64,000 nt of DNA from Pecten maximus (lineage: Eukaryota): contig NC_047019.1 in assembly GCF_902652985.1 (NCBI RefSeq), positions 20,584,001 to 20,648,000 on the forward strand, read 5' to 3'. Position 1 is the first letter of the stretch. Every line of letters starts with the position of its first letter. Shown here piece after piece: positions 1 through 11,865 of this stretch. The notes under the pieces are model-generated. The model was not told the origin of the DNA. It saw nothing but the letters and a program-made list of their open reading frames with translations, and searched no databases. The position numbers and the translations under genes are program-made.

Positions 1-239
1 AAGACATTGCTTAGTCACAAGATTATAAATAGTGAATTAATGAATTCTTTGAAAATGAATTAAAAGTTTCCTAATTTTATATTTTTAAATTACACACGAT
101 TCTTATTTTTTCTTACATAGTTAAGGATTCCAGCAGAGTGAGACGGAAATCACATAGATATCTGAAAAAAATTCATGTAACAAAAAAATTTGCTATCTTT
201 ACAGATTTGATGAAATTTCTTTATATATCAATAACTTAC

Positions 240-314
240 ACCGGAGTTTCTTCTGTAACATCCTGAGTTTCATGGCCGTCCTGTAGGCAGCAAATCTTAT
301 GTTGTTAAGGTCCG
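240..314 (-). CDS. DMD: Dystrophin coding exon equivalent to human exon 64 (start of the EF-hand region), 75 nt, phase 1 to 1
   Basis: (A)[24 protein letters not shown] versus human [25 protein letters not shown]. Acceptor gtatttacag, donor GT|gtaagt. Confidence 0.97.
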
Positions 315-785
315 CTGTAAATACACGTAAAAACAGGTTAGAGGGTGGTTAAGTACAAATTGACATTTTAGCAAAAGATATCCACACCAAGATATGAGGT
401 TAAGGAAGATTTCAAAGAAATAACATTAAAAACTGAATTAATGTGTCTCAGCTAAAGGACACTTATTTCTTATAAAACTTAAACCACAGCAAGGAAGTAT
501 GAATGAAATAAAATTATATTGATACATGGAGTATGGGAGGGAATGCTGAAGACTCCCAAGTACAATTTCCTGTACATGTAGCAAGTTTAGATCTGCTTCC
601 ATCAGTATTTTGGTATTAAGAAGAAGAGCATTAATCAATCACCTACAATCACTTGGTGGACAATGAAATTCTTTATCAGGGATTATTGGGGATAGCTAAC
701 ATTTTAGGAACAATACTTTTGTTGGGTAAGAGGTGGGACAAGAGAGATAACTCTTGCCAGCTCCTCCATTACAGTGTATACTTAC

Positions 786-847
786 CTAAGGCTTGCATAA
801 GGTCGGTCATCATTGGATGGTCCCAGTGGGTAGTTTCTGTCGTATGA
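786..847 (-). CDS. DMD: Dystrophin coding exon equivalent to human exon 63 (second half of the WW domain), 62 nt, phase 2 to 1
   Basis: HTTETTHWDHPMMTDLMQAL versus human [20 protein letters not shown]. Acceptor gctgtttttcag, donor AG|gtaagt. Confidence 0.97.
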
Positions 848-1185
848 CTGAAAAACAGCAAGATAATAAAATCACTTATAATGGCATGATGGCAGGTAAA
901 ATACAAAGTATTCAACTTATAATCTCACAGAACTTTTGATTCATTATCTTGAAAGTATCTCAATTTCTAATTTTTATTAAATACAACTTCCCTTAATTTT
1001 TAAGTTTCTTGATTTTAAAATCTTTCTGATACATGTACATCAAAGGATTTAATATCATCACCAACCTTATATTTATATGGACATATCCTCGAATGAAGAG
1101 ATACTTGATAACATAAATGGGTAAATAGTTATTACGTAAGTTAACAGACATCAAATGATACTTAGAGTTAGGATTTGTGACTTAC

Positions 1186-1246
1186 TTGATATAATAAGGC
1201 ACTTTATTTCCGGACACAGCTCGTTCCCAAGGCTGTTCTACGGACA
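1186..1246 (-). CDS. DMD: Dystrophin coding exon equivalent to human exon 62 (first half of the WW domain), 61 nt, phase 1 to 2
   Basis: (V)SVEQPWERAVSGNKVPYYI(N) versus human SVQGPWERAISPNKVPYYIN. Acceptor tatactttcag, donor AA|gtaagt. Confidence 0.97.
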
Positions 1247-4200
1247 CTGAAAGTATAAAATGAACACCTGTATAATCATCTATACACATTATTAAACAAT
1301 AACATACTGGAAACATTTGACACAAAATGAAAGTGTAGGTAGTAACTATAGCCATGGCATAATCATCCTAGTGACCTTACAGTGACCTTACAGTACCTTA
1401 AGGTGCAGCCTACAATGAAGGAAATGCTGACTCAAGACCAACTGACCACTATTCCGCCATGTATAAGGACTACTGACCACATTGCTGCAGCACAGATAAG
1501 ATTCCATTGACCAAATTAAACATTATGTACATATCTTGTCTTTAGCAACATGGACAAATTCACAAATTTTCCTGTGATACTTCATTAGTATTTAAAATTG
1601 AAGTGCACAAATATCATTTCATGGAAATCTTTGTTGAAAAAAAAACAATCTGTTGATAAGAAAAATGAAAGTGTAAATAGTTTTATTAACAGTTAAGCTT
1701 GAAATGGTCATGATTAAGACAAAATCAAGTGAACTTAGCCAGCCACTCTTCAGGTTATTTTAGGAAAGTTCAGACTTAGTAGTAATTGAAGTACATTATC
1801 GCCCTTCTGTGCTTAAGTGACAAGGAGTTATTTCCCCTTGATTATTTACCAAATGTAAACAATACAAACTGTGTTTGACTAAGGAGATACCAAAGTGGAT
1901 AAGAGAGATTAATATAATCATTAGTTTTTTTTGTTTTGTTTTGTTTTTGTCGTATTTTTTTGGTCTTGTTTCTAGTGTGTATTTTTGGTATCCTTCTCTC
2001 AGAAAAGAAAATGAAGATTATGGTGCTGAAGTAAGGCAGAGACTGGGGTGAGCCAGTGTGGTGTAGTATTTGGAATCGTCCCAACAGTTGTGTAATCCTG
2101 GAGAAGGGTCGCTGATCTGTACCACATCCTCCAGGGAAACAATAATAACAGTCTTACTATATACCCTGTATGAATGCATGCAGATTTATGTAATGAAAAT
2201 TTTATCCATGAACAAATGTTCAGATCTTCTATTGATTTTGGAATCAGCATCAACAAAGCTAAAGGCAAATATGCTTTTCATGTTTCAAGGAATTTCAAGT
2301 AGTTTTTCTCTCTGTACAAACTATGGATTATTTATGCTGGTTTAGGAAAATGTCTAGCATCTGTCGACAGTTACTGACATGTAACATGGGGATCAAAGTC
2401 TGGGGCAAAAATGGAAGGCCATTAGTCACCTCATCTAGGGCATCTTATCTTTTTTTCACCCTTTTTTTTAAAGTGTAATACAGAAAAAAAGGTTTGTAGT
2501 TCCAGCATGCTTGACACATTTTACTTCTAACAGGAAGATGACAATTTGTTTTAACGGGAGATTTGTACTTTATTTATTTGGAAGTGGGGTATACATGCCA
2601 AGTATGGCACTTTGTCTTTGTGTGTTACATATATAATGGCAAAACATATTAAAGTTGATGAACACTATGGCATGAAGCCACCAATAGGGCTTTGACTATA
2701 TAAGCCATCCTGTCACTGGTTTCTGTGTGTGTGCTACTGACTGTCATCATTGTCCTAAAAACGTGGGAGTAAAATATGGAAACATGTAGCTAGGAGGGTG
2801 GAGGTGACTGGAGATAGGGGGACATTCATAGCTGATTAGAGATGTGAGAACTGATACAGACAAAGGAGCTGGGAGGGTAGGGGGTGGGGAGAATTCTAAG
2901 GATTCCCTGGGGGTGGGGATCAGAGGAGACAAAGCTAGAGGAATCTGTTAGCATCAAGGAGGGACTATGGTATTCATCTTCATACACAATAGGATTCAGA
3001 AAGTTACACAAAGGGTACAACAGGGAAACTTTTCCATAAAGTTACACAAAGTGAGGGGTTGTCTGGGAAGGCATGTAATAACCAAAGTCTTAATGATGGT
3101 CAAAGAAAAGGAAGGAATGCACGTCTGGTTTAAATAAAGCTAACAATGAATTTTTCAAATAGAACAAACACCATTAGAGGGAGGGTATGGAAAGGCATGA
3201 AGGGTTATATAATTATCATATAACAATGAAATTCATAGATAAAGTTTGGATGCACCGAAATGTCTGAGGAGGAACCAGGATTGTCTGAGGTATAGATTGA
3301 CCCGACAATGCCAACAGTACATATCTACCCTAGCTATGTAAACAATTACTGTCAATTACACCGACCTATCTGTGATAACAGCTCCAGCTGACAGCGAAAT
3401 ATATCTGGCAAAACAAAACATCTGTCCCACAATTATCTTAACACCAAAAAAACCTTCTTTCTCTGTAATGGAAATACCTCCCTCACCACTATAAAACATG
3501 CCTGCACTGCTAACATATGTAGTTTATCTATCTGTAAGAACGTGATCTTCAATCGTTTGTAAGCCACTTAAACTCTTCTTCCCAGATAGATTTTTTTTCT
3601 GTAAAATCTGGTACCAGTTTTTGAGAAAGTTAAGGTATTAATGATTGATGCCATCTTTTTTAGAAAGAAGCAAATTATGTTTATTTTATTTCTAGCTTAA
3701 TTGCATATCCAGAAATTCAATTTTCAATATAAACAGAGTTAAATGGGAGACCCCACAGAAGTGAAATGGTTGCGAACATTTATTTTTCTTCAAACATTAT
3801 TTAATATTCATTATTTATTTAATATTTTAATGTTCATGACATCTGATGTTATTAACTGATATGCATGAAACAAACATTTTTACCACATCACAAAATTTAG
3901 ACTTCAAAAGTCCTAGTGGGCACATTTATGATACCTTATAAGGAATTGGAAAAAGACTATATGGCAACCTTGACCTTTGTAACTACTTATCAACTGTGAT
4001 AATACATATTTCTATATATATAAATAGAACTTTTATATTAATATGCAATACACAAATACCCAATTATATGATAAAAACAATAGATAAGCTATCATTAATG
4101 GTACGTTTACATGCTAGCTAGCCCTCCATTGTCAATGTCCTACATGTGTACTATTGACCCTTCCAGGATGAGCATCAGGTTAGTTCCTCAGGTTACCATG

Positions 4201-4754
4201 GCGACTGACCTTGAGGCAGTTTAGAGACAACTGCTCCAAGTACCATATGCATTGTCTGACCATGTACAAGTCATATGACAGATGTACAGAATTGTTTTTT
4301 TAATTGATAGGCGGCTTTGTGAGTGGATACTGTCCAGTTCATGCCTACAATGGCGACCATGCTGGGACTATTTATCTACTGCATCACAACAGGACACGCC
4401 TGTAGGCTTCCCCGGGCCAACGACCTTACAGTGACCTTCAGAACTAAAATGTAATTATTTCCATCCATACAACATCAGATTGATTATCTTTTCTCCATGA
4501 GGTTTGGTTAATTACCCTGTGGTCAATCTATTAGTGACCTTGGTACACACAGATGATGGAGGTTTTGCATTGATAAACATACATCTAAACCATAACTTGG
4601 GAATTAAGTCATTAACAAACACATTATCACATACACTGGATTAATATTCTGTCACAAAAAGTGAGTCCTTCTTTTTCAGTTAACTTGGCTGGTACATCTC
4701 CTTAACAGACCACAAGCATACTTTTTAACTGTGTGACATAGGTAATGAAATTGT

Positions 4755-5371
4755 GTACCGCAGGGTGACCAGATGACTTAATGAAGTCTGTACCACAGGG
4801 TGACCACTGACTAATGACGTCTGTACCACAGGGTGACCACTGACTAATGAAGGTCTGTACCACAGGGTGACCACTGACTAATGAAGTCTGTACCACAGGA
4901 TGAACACTGACTAATGAAGGTCTGTACCACAGGGTGACCACTGACTAATGAAGTCTGTACCACAGGATGAACACTGACTAATGAAGTCTGTACCACAGGG
5001 TGACCACTGACTAATGAAGTCTATACCACAGGGTGACCACTGACAAATGAAGTCTATACCACAGGGTGACCACTGACTAATGAAGGTCTGTACCACAGGG
5101 TGACCACTGACTAATGAAGGTCTTTACCACAGGGTGACCACTGACTAATGAAATCTGTACCACAGGGTGACCACTGACTAATGAAGTCTGTACCACAGGG
5201 TCACCACTGACTAATGAAGGTCTGTACCACAGGGTGACCAGATGACTAATGAAGGTCTGTACCACAGGGTGACCACTGACTAATGAAGTCTGTACCACAG
5301 GGTGACCACTGACTAATGAAGTCTGTACCACAGGGTGACCACTGACTAATGAAGTCTGTACCACAGGGTGA
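4755..5371. repeat. Minisatellite with a unit of about 33-34 bp (ctaatgaag(g)tctgtaccacagggtgaccactga), roughly 18 copies
   Basis: Direct tandem units are visible and explain the repetitive ORFs at 4702-5428. Confidence 0.95.
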
Positions 5372-5407
5372 CTGGTGACTGAAAATCATCTCTTCGAAGA
5401 TAGAAGA

Positions 5408-5603
5408 CAATGGTCCCCCTATATACATATTTTAACTTAACATAATAAATTGTCTATGTATATAATGTAACCTGTACAAAGTTTGTGTGATCATTGACCT
5501 CACTGACGTTGCTCAGATGACAAAACTCTCAACAAAGACCACCCCCATTATAAGACCATCTGATGCCTGTCCCATAGATGGTCTCATAACAGGGGGACCA
5601 CTG
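5408..5603. mobile_element. Putative MITE of about 196 bp with terminal inverted repeats CA(A/G)TGGTCCCCCT ... AGGGGGACCACTG
   Basis: 13-bp inverted termini with one mismatch. The right end is followed by TA, as in Tc1/mariner/pogo-type elements. Internal aagacca repeats. Confidence 0.55.
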
Positions 5604-5787
5604 TAATATAAGTTACCAGAACTTTCTAAAATTTCAAAATCTGTTTTAAAAATAGCTTAACAACAATTCACTTACCCATTTTGGAAACAATGTCATTGAG
5701 CCATCAATAACTTGTCAAATTTTCTAAGCGATATAAATTTGACAACTGTAAGTACACTATATAAGGTAGATCTACCCGTGTCCTTAC

Positions 5788-5827
5788 CTTGTGCTGATAA
5801 TGCGGATCTGAGCACCCAGACAGTCAT
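5788..5827 (-). CDS. DMD: Candidate alternative first coding exon of a Dp71-like isoform (13 aa, phase 1, joining the WW exon)
   Basis: acaATG ACT GTC TGG GTG CTC AGA TCC GCA TTA TCA GCA CAA G|gtaagg gives MTVWVLRSALSAQ. Strong donor, correct phase and an in-frame TAA upstream. It is short, so chance cannot be excluded. Confidence 0.35.
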
Positions 5828-8274
5828 TGTCTTCACAGGTAATTTATTACCTTCAAGACCTTACAGGTGAGAACATCCAAAGATGAATGTACCAATTTCA
5901 GGTATGTCTGCACATATGTGCAGGAGTGAATAAGTGAGTTTACGACAAGTCTACCACAGGTAACATCCACCACTTCAGAGCACCACTTGACCACACCACT
6001 TTAGAGATAGAGCACTCTAGTGCCTTAACCTGGTCATGTGACCTTAAGAGTGCCAGGTAAAACAATAATCATCTGTCCTCTAACTTTAAATTAACTACAC
6101 CTGCCTATAAATTATACCTCTGGCTTTGAAGTGCAAACCTGGATCTCAAAATATTACAGGCAGGTAGTTCTACCTGCACAGGTAATGATTAAATTCTAGA
6201 CATTTTGTAAAATTGCAACAACTAGGTCAATAGGTTATCTTTAATAAATTCTAAAATAAAATGCACCTGTGTTCAATAAAGTTTCAGTGGGACAGGAAAT
6301 GCCTTCAGCCAGTGGGTAACACACTAGACAGTGCACTTTTACCTAGCTGTCAAACATTAAAGGCCAATTATTACGCCCAAGGCCTTCAATCTTCAGGCCA
6401 TTATACATACAAGTTCGGGAGTTTTATGGGAGTTCTCAGAGAAAAAAGTACACTTTAAAATTGAGAGAAATGAAACAATAACAGCCAGCGTAGAACTAGA
6501 CATCCCTGGTGCTTAGATAAAGACAAGGACTCCCGTACGATAAAACAATAACAACCTTGACCTTGATTTCTCTAAACATAAGTAAAATGACATATACATC
6601 GGGCACTGCTATGTCTGAAGTTTCCAACGCTGTACAGAATGAAATATATTCAGTATAACACAGGTGTCCTTGTAAAATCTAATTTGTTCAACATTTTAAA
6701 TCTATGTGACAGGAAAACAATCTTTTGGCAAGTCCAAGATGCTATTTATTATGAAGATTGAGAAACAGAATTACAAAAAAATTTTGAAATATTATCCTTA
6801 TATACAGCAATGAATGAAGAAAGGCAATATATATTTTACTATGAAGACAATAGCAGAATATAATGTATTCATGACTCACACTAGTATTACCTGTGTATTG
6901 TTAATAGTGAATAATTTTATAGATTGGCAATATAGCATCACATATAGCTAAAGTTATATAGGAAAAGATTAAGTAGACTATTCCAGCGAATAAGTCATAT
7001 TGAATGCATAATTTCAAACCATAAAAAATAATTATATACACATTTCAATTAAGATGCACTGATCTTGAAGAGTTGGCAGGAAGGCTGAATAATTGAATTT
7101 GAATATAGAATAATTTCTTACCTTACACAATGATAATAACTAGATATTTGCATATATCCAAACATCATTTGAGCAACACACAGACATATCACTGTACTCA
7201 TGAAACATAACAACCTCTAACTGTCTAGGTAAAAAAGTATGTATACACGTTACTTTTAACCACAAGTTTTAAACCAAAGTTTAAACAAAGTCTCGACCAC
7301 TAAATTTACACCTATAACCCAATGAAGCAATATGTCTATAATAAGGACAGCTAAGGTCTACAGAACACAGACAAACTATTCTGGAGATTTTATTTCCTGT
7401 CGACCTGTTTGACCCAAAAGCCATAGCAAGTGTGAAATCAACCACTGCCTGTGTCGTAAGGCTATAACACAGTCACTTAAAACTACCTTTCATGCCAGGG
7501 AACTTACAAAAAACTGTCTGGAACCAACAATGATCTTAGTCAGTGTAATTTCAGCCCATGCCCACTGTATTCATCAAAACTTAATATACTGGAACAATCT
7601 CTTTCAATTTAAAACATGGAAAGGCCATATAGATTGTTACACAGTTGTCGTCTGCTCAGCGGTGAAATGAACTGCTATAAAATTGAATGTCACAGTGCTT
7701 GGTAGTTTACAGTGACATACAGTATAAAACAAAGACAGGAACAAAAGTTATCTACATGTAGACCTTATGATATACAAATGTATAGCAGGTCAGAGTTTCT
7801 CTACTCCAGAACCTGTTGATACTGAAAAACACCTAGAGACCAAATCCATTCAGAACTGACCTACAAGTTTCTGGAATACAAATCTAAAATTGATATGTAC
7901 CATAAAAGGAAGTTTAACTTTTTAAATGTCAGAGGTACATAATAATGTTGCCATTTTCCAATATACCTTGTTCTGGAGTTAACTTATAATAGCTATATTA
8001 AACTTTTAAAACAATTATCTCTATTTTCAGCAGTGAACATATTCCTAAGCCTAAAATACAGGATGAAATCTGATATAGGCAATCTATTTCTACTTGGCAG
8101 CTGCACAGAAATCTTTTGCATTATTTATAACAAAGAGTCTACAATGGTATTGATTGTAAAAAAAATTCCAAATAAACTTTATTCCTAAAGTTTGAGATCT
8201 GAAAGGTAAACTGAGTTAATATTTACTGTTGTGTATTGGGTGATCTTTCATTTTTAATGTTCCTGCAATGGCTT

Positions 8275-8685
8275 GTGGTTCTGTTCACTGTAAAGCATTT
8301 ATTGTTTGTGGTTCTGTTTGCTGTAAACATTTATTGTTTGTGGTTCTGTTTACTGTAAGCATTTATTGTTTGTGTTTCTGTTTACTGTAACCATTCATTG
8401 TTCGTGGTTCTGTTTGCTGTAACCATTTATTGTTTGTGGTTTTGTTCCTGTAATCATTTATTTATTTGCGGTTTCATTCTCGTAACTATTTATTGCTTGT
8501 GGTTCCATTTCCTGTAATCATTTATTGTTTGTGGTTTCGTTCCTGTAACTATTTATTGTTTGTGGTTTCATTTCCTGTAACTATTTATTGTTTGTGGTTC
8601 CATTTCCTGTAACTATTTATTGTTTGTGGTTTCATTTCCTGTAACTATTTATGGTTTGTGGTTCCATTTCCTGTAACCATTTACT
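8275..8685. repeat. Degenerate minisatellite with a unit of about 31-32 bp (catttattgtttgtggtt...ctgtaa)
   Basis: About 13 diverged tandem copies immediately 3' (in gene orientation) of the exon-60/61 donor. Confidence 0.9.
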
Positions 8686-8783
8686 GCTCCATTTGAAAGT
8701 TTTGGTGATTCCATCCTCCTTAATTCCTGGTAATCCATCCCCTTCCCCTATCCCACTTTTGTGAATGTTCTAGGAGTACATAC

Positions 8784-9009
8784 CTGAAAGGAAGTGTTGT
8801 GAATCAGGGCCGAAGTCCCGAAGAGCTTCTTGCAGGTCTCTAAGGCGATCCTCCACCGCTATCTGTAGTTCCTGCCATCGAGTGTTGTAGTCTTCCAGTC
8901 GGTGGACGTTGACATGATTGAGTATTACTTTGAGGTTTTGGAGTTCATTGGCGCGGTCGTTAACACTGTCCACCTGACCCTGGATAGGTGCGTACGTCTT
9001 CTGATATGA
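8784..9009 (-). CDS. DMD: Dystrophin coding exon equivalent to human exons 60+61 as one exon (last spectrin repeat and hinge 4), 226 nt, phase 0 to 1
   Basis: SYQKTYAPIQGQVDSVNDRANELQNLKVILNHVNVHRLEDYNTRWQELQIAVEDRLRDLQEALRDFGPDSQHFLS. The diagnostic motifs match human LEDLNTRW and RDFGPASQHFLS. Donor AG|gtatgt. Confidence 0.97.
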
Positions 9010-9249
9010 CTGTTTGTCAATAAAATTAAAACATTTGAGATGATACCAACAACGTCATGTTTACTTTTATATGTAGTAGTTAAAATAGCACAAAAATCTC
9101 ACATATTTTTTCTTTTGCTTTACAGAATAAATCAAGATCATTTTTTTTTTTAACAAATTACTGTTTTTGAAAAGCATATAAAATTTTGTTATAAAAAGGC
9201 CCTAAAAGAGAGCTACAATATATACATTTGAGTATATGCTGTTGCTTAC

Positions 9250-9384
9250 CTTTATATTTTCTATTTCTGTAGGTAGATTTTCTATAATCATGTCTGCTAT
9301 TGGTGGCCATTTTGTTTTCTCCTGTTCAGCTTCCCTGAGTCTACTGTTAAGGTTTTCTAAGCCATCTTGAAGTACTACCATTTT
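9250..9384 (-). CDS. DMD: Dystrophin coding exon equivalent to the 3' part of human exon 59, 135 nt, phase 0 to 0
   Basis: KMVVLQDGLENLNSRLREAEQEKTKWPPIADMIIENLPTEIENIK resembles human [30 protein letters not shown]. Acceptor ttcattttcag, donor AG|gtaagc. Confidence 0.94.
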
Positions 9385-9622
9385 CTGAAAATGAATAATA
9401 CAGAAAATTTTAAACAAAATCTCAAGGTATCAATTTCTGTACATCTATAATGATATGAAATTTTAGTTTTTACTTTTCACTTGATTTGACCAAAATTTCT
9501 CCTGTCTTTTCTGTTTTCTCATTAATCAAGCAGCTGATATACTAAGTATGACAGATAAATACAATTACCTTCATATCAAATCTAATCAGTCTAAAAGCTC
9601 CAATTAGAGTTATTTCCCCTAC

Positions 9623-9774
9623 CTCCGTGACTTCCTCTATCCTAGCCTGCCACTCATTACACCCTTGGTTAATTTCCACCCACTTCCTGTTGAGCAGTCT
9701 CACTTGACGACGGATTTTCTTTATTAAATGGCGAGCCTCTTTTTCAGGTGATGTTTCAGTAGGCGGCACTTCCT
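9623..9774 (-). CDS. DMD: Dystrophin coding exon equivalent to the 5' part of human exon 59, 152 nt, phase 1 to 0
   Basis: EVPPTETSPEKEARHLIKKIRRQVRLLNRKWVEINQGCNEWQARIEEVTE. Acceptor cttcctgttttcag, donor AG|gtaggg. Spectrin-repeat tryptophans are conserved. Confidence 0.93.
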
Positions 9775-10233
9775 CTGAAAACAGGAAGTCAATTATGAGT
9801 TATCGTCATGCCCGCCATTAGCAACATCTGTGCTGTGTTTAAAAGATGAGTGTTTTCTATTATCCGAGATTAATTGATAACAGGTGGGATATACCATATG
9901 TTAACAAGCAAATCTCTTGACCTATATATAATGGAGATATAATGTCCATTACAAATATTGTCAGATACACTTATTACCAATACTGTCATAGATTTTAACA
10001 TTAATCAGTGCTACTGATTATAATATACATATAATATCATACTTCTTTTTATTATTTCTCGAGAAATTTTATAAAACTAAATTCTTTCTCCATTTCTGAA
10101 CTTTTTCAGGAAATCTGATCTAACACAGTGTGGAAAAAAGACATTATTTATTATTTCAATTACAAATTCAGAAGAAAGAACCCATGATTTTTTTTTTATT
10201 CCTCTACCCCCAATCAAACCCAGGACACCTTAC

Positions 10234-10363
10234 CATGTTCACTACTTTCACCACTATCGGTACTGAGTCGTTTGTCTTCCCCTTCCTCTCTCAGGTAATG
10301 ACGCCCTGCCTCCAAACTCTGCTCTATGATTGGTCGCTTTGTATCCAACTGCCGGCGTAATCT
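10234..10363 (-). CDS. DMD: Dystrophin coding exon equivalent to human exon 58, 130 nt, phase 0 to 1
   Basis: RLRRQLDTKRPIIEQSLEAGRHYLREEGEDKRLSTDSGESSEH resembles human AFKRELKTKEPVIMSTLETVRIFL. Acceptor cattatcag, donor TG|gtaagg. Phases join both neighbouring exons. Confidence 0.93.
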
Positions 10364-10589
10364 CTGATAATGATGATAATGAAAAGGTAATTACCAGGCA
10401 GATCATTAAATTACCTAAAACTAAGTTCCAGAGAAAACATGTTCCCTTCATTAAGGGACACATTTAGGTTGTCCCTGGTGTAAATATAGACAAGATTTAC
10501 TTTGGAAAACAAAGACAGGATTCACAACGACAATGTGATACACGAGGCACTTTGGGAAAATGTTACAGGAGGTTTCCTTGGGAACATAC

Positions 10590-10746
10590 CCTGTTTTCTT
10601 CGCTTTGATTTTGAAGAGTTAAAAGGTCCCCTCCGATTGGTCGTTGTTTGTGAAGCTCTTGTTGTTTGGTCAAAAGCCAGCCAATCAGATCCTGCAGTGT
10701 GTTTACTAGGTGGAGCCATTGTTCTGCGTTACTTTCGAGTCTACCC
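10590..10746 (-). CDS. DMD: Dystrophin coding exon equivalent to human exon 57, 157 nt, phase 2 to 0
   Basis: GRLESNAEQWLHLVNTLQDLIGWLLTKQQELHKQRPIGGDLLTLQNQSEENR carries the PIGGD motif of human exon 57 and has the same length. Acceptor aattccag, donor GG|gtatgt. Confidence 0.96.
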
Positions 10747-11216
10747 CTGGAATTAATAACAGAAAGAATTAAATACATCAAATCAGATAATTTCATATTT
10801 TCCCTGTTGTTACACAAATACTACAACTATGTGCTATAAGCATATATCTACTTTACAAAAGAATATTTTTTTCCAAAACCTTGTGTGAAATGAACATCAA
10901 AGGTTTACACAGTAAACACCATATCAAACAATAAACATGGCTGACAATAGCTAAACTCCTAGGTAAAATGGGTATGTTTCTCCAAAGAAGAATGTTGATT
11001 CACTCACATAATGAAATGCATATTCTGAGATTGTTTTCTCATACCCACTAAAGCAGATCAAAACAGCTGGACTATAGAACCAGGCATCAATAACATTTGC
11101 CCCAGATTGCCGTACTTAATCTGACTGTAAGGCCGAGGATGTCAATATCACGACATCACACCTGATTACCCGTGTTTATTTCTGTGATTGAGAAACCTAG
11201 TTTATGTTTGACTGAC

Positions 11217-11383
11217 CAGTGCACACGTTTTTTCTTGCGTCTCCGGCCGGAGTCTGTATGACCATTGGACACTATTGATCGAACGGCCCATTCCTTACGG
11301 CAACCGACGAGAGCAATGAAGTGGACTGTGCCTGGTCGTGGGATAAACCCATTGGTCCTCCCAACCAGGGCTACGTATCGCAT
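11217..11383 (-). CDS. DMD: Candidate alternative first coding exon (55 aa, phase 2, joining the exon-57 equivalent)
   Basis: ATG with an in-frame TAG three codons upstream. MRYVALVGRTNGFIPRPGTVHFIALVGCRKEWAVRSIVSNGHTDSGRRRKKKRVH(W) ends at donor CTG|gtcagt in phase 2, matching the phase-2 start of the exon at 10746. CpG-rich patch. Confidence 0.6.
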
Positions 11384-11857
11384 TCTGATCTACAGCACTC
11401 GCACAATTCAATTTGTTTATTGTACCCACTTTGGAAAAAGACTTTACTCAGAAAATACTTATATCCAGGAACAGACTATAGTCACAAATCCTGTAATATC
11501 CAGAAATGAATTGTATCCATATAACCAGTTATATTTGGGACTGTATCCACAAAACCACAATTTCATCCATGCACAGGATGTCTCAATTTATCCAATGGAC
11601 TATATTCTGTATCAAAATCCAGGGTTGTTACCTAGTTTAAAGATACAAGATCACTTCGATTAACACTTAATGCACAACAGAAATTCTCCGAAAAGGAAAA
11701 CATAGATTTGACATCCTTGTTGTACATCTAGAACAGGTGAGGGATGTAATTCACAGGCAGCTTGTTCGACTGATCCGACACTCAGTAACCCTTGTAGAAC
11801 ACAATTTGTGACACCTCAATGACGACATTTGGACGTTTATGCATGACACTGCAAAAC

Positions 11858-11865
11858 TGACGTCA
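11858..11865. promoter_or_regulatory. Full palindromic CRE/ATF site TGACGTCA about 475 bp upstream of the candidate first exon at 11383
   Basis: Exact consensus match within a CpG-containing stretch (about 11760-11910). Function is inferred only. Confidence 0.3.

Noticed and set aside
1990-2140. GC-richer segment with several open frames in the intron before the WW exon
   Set aside because: No convincing acceptor/donor pair and no homology.
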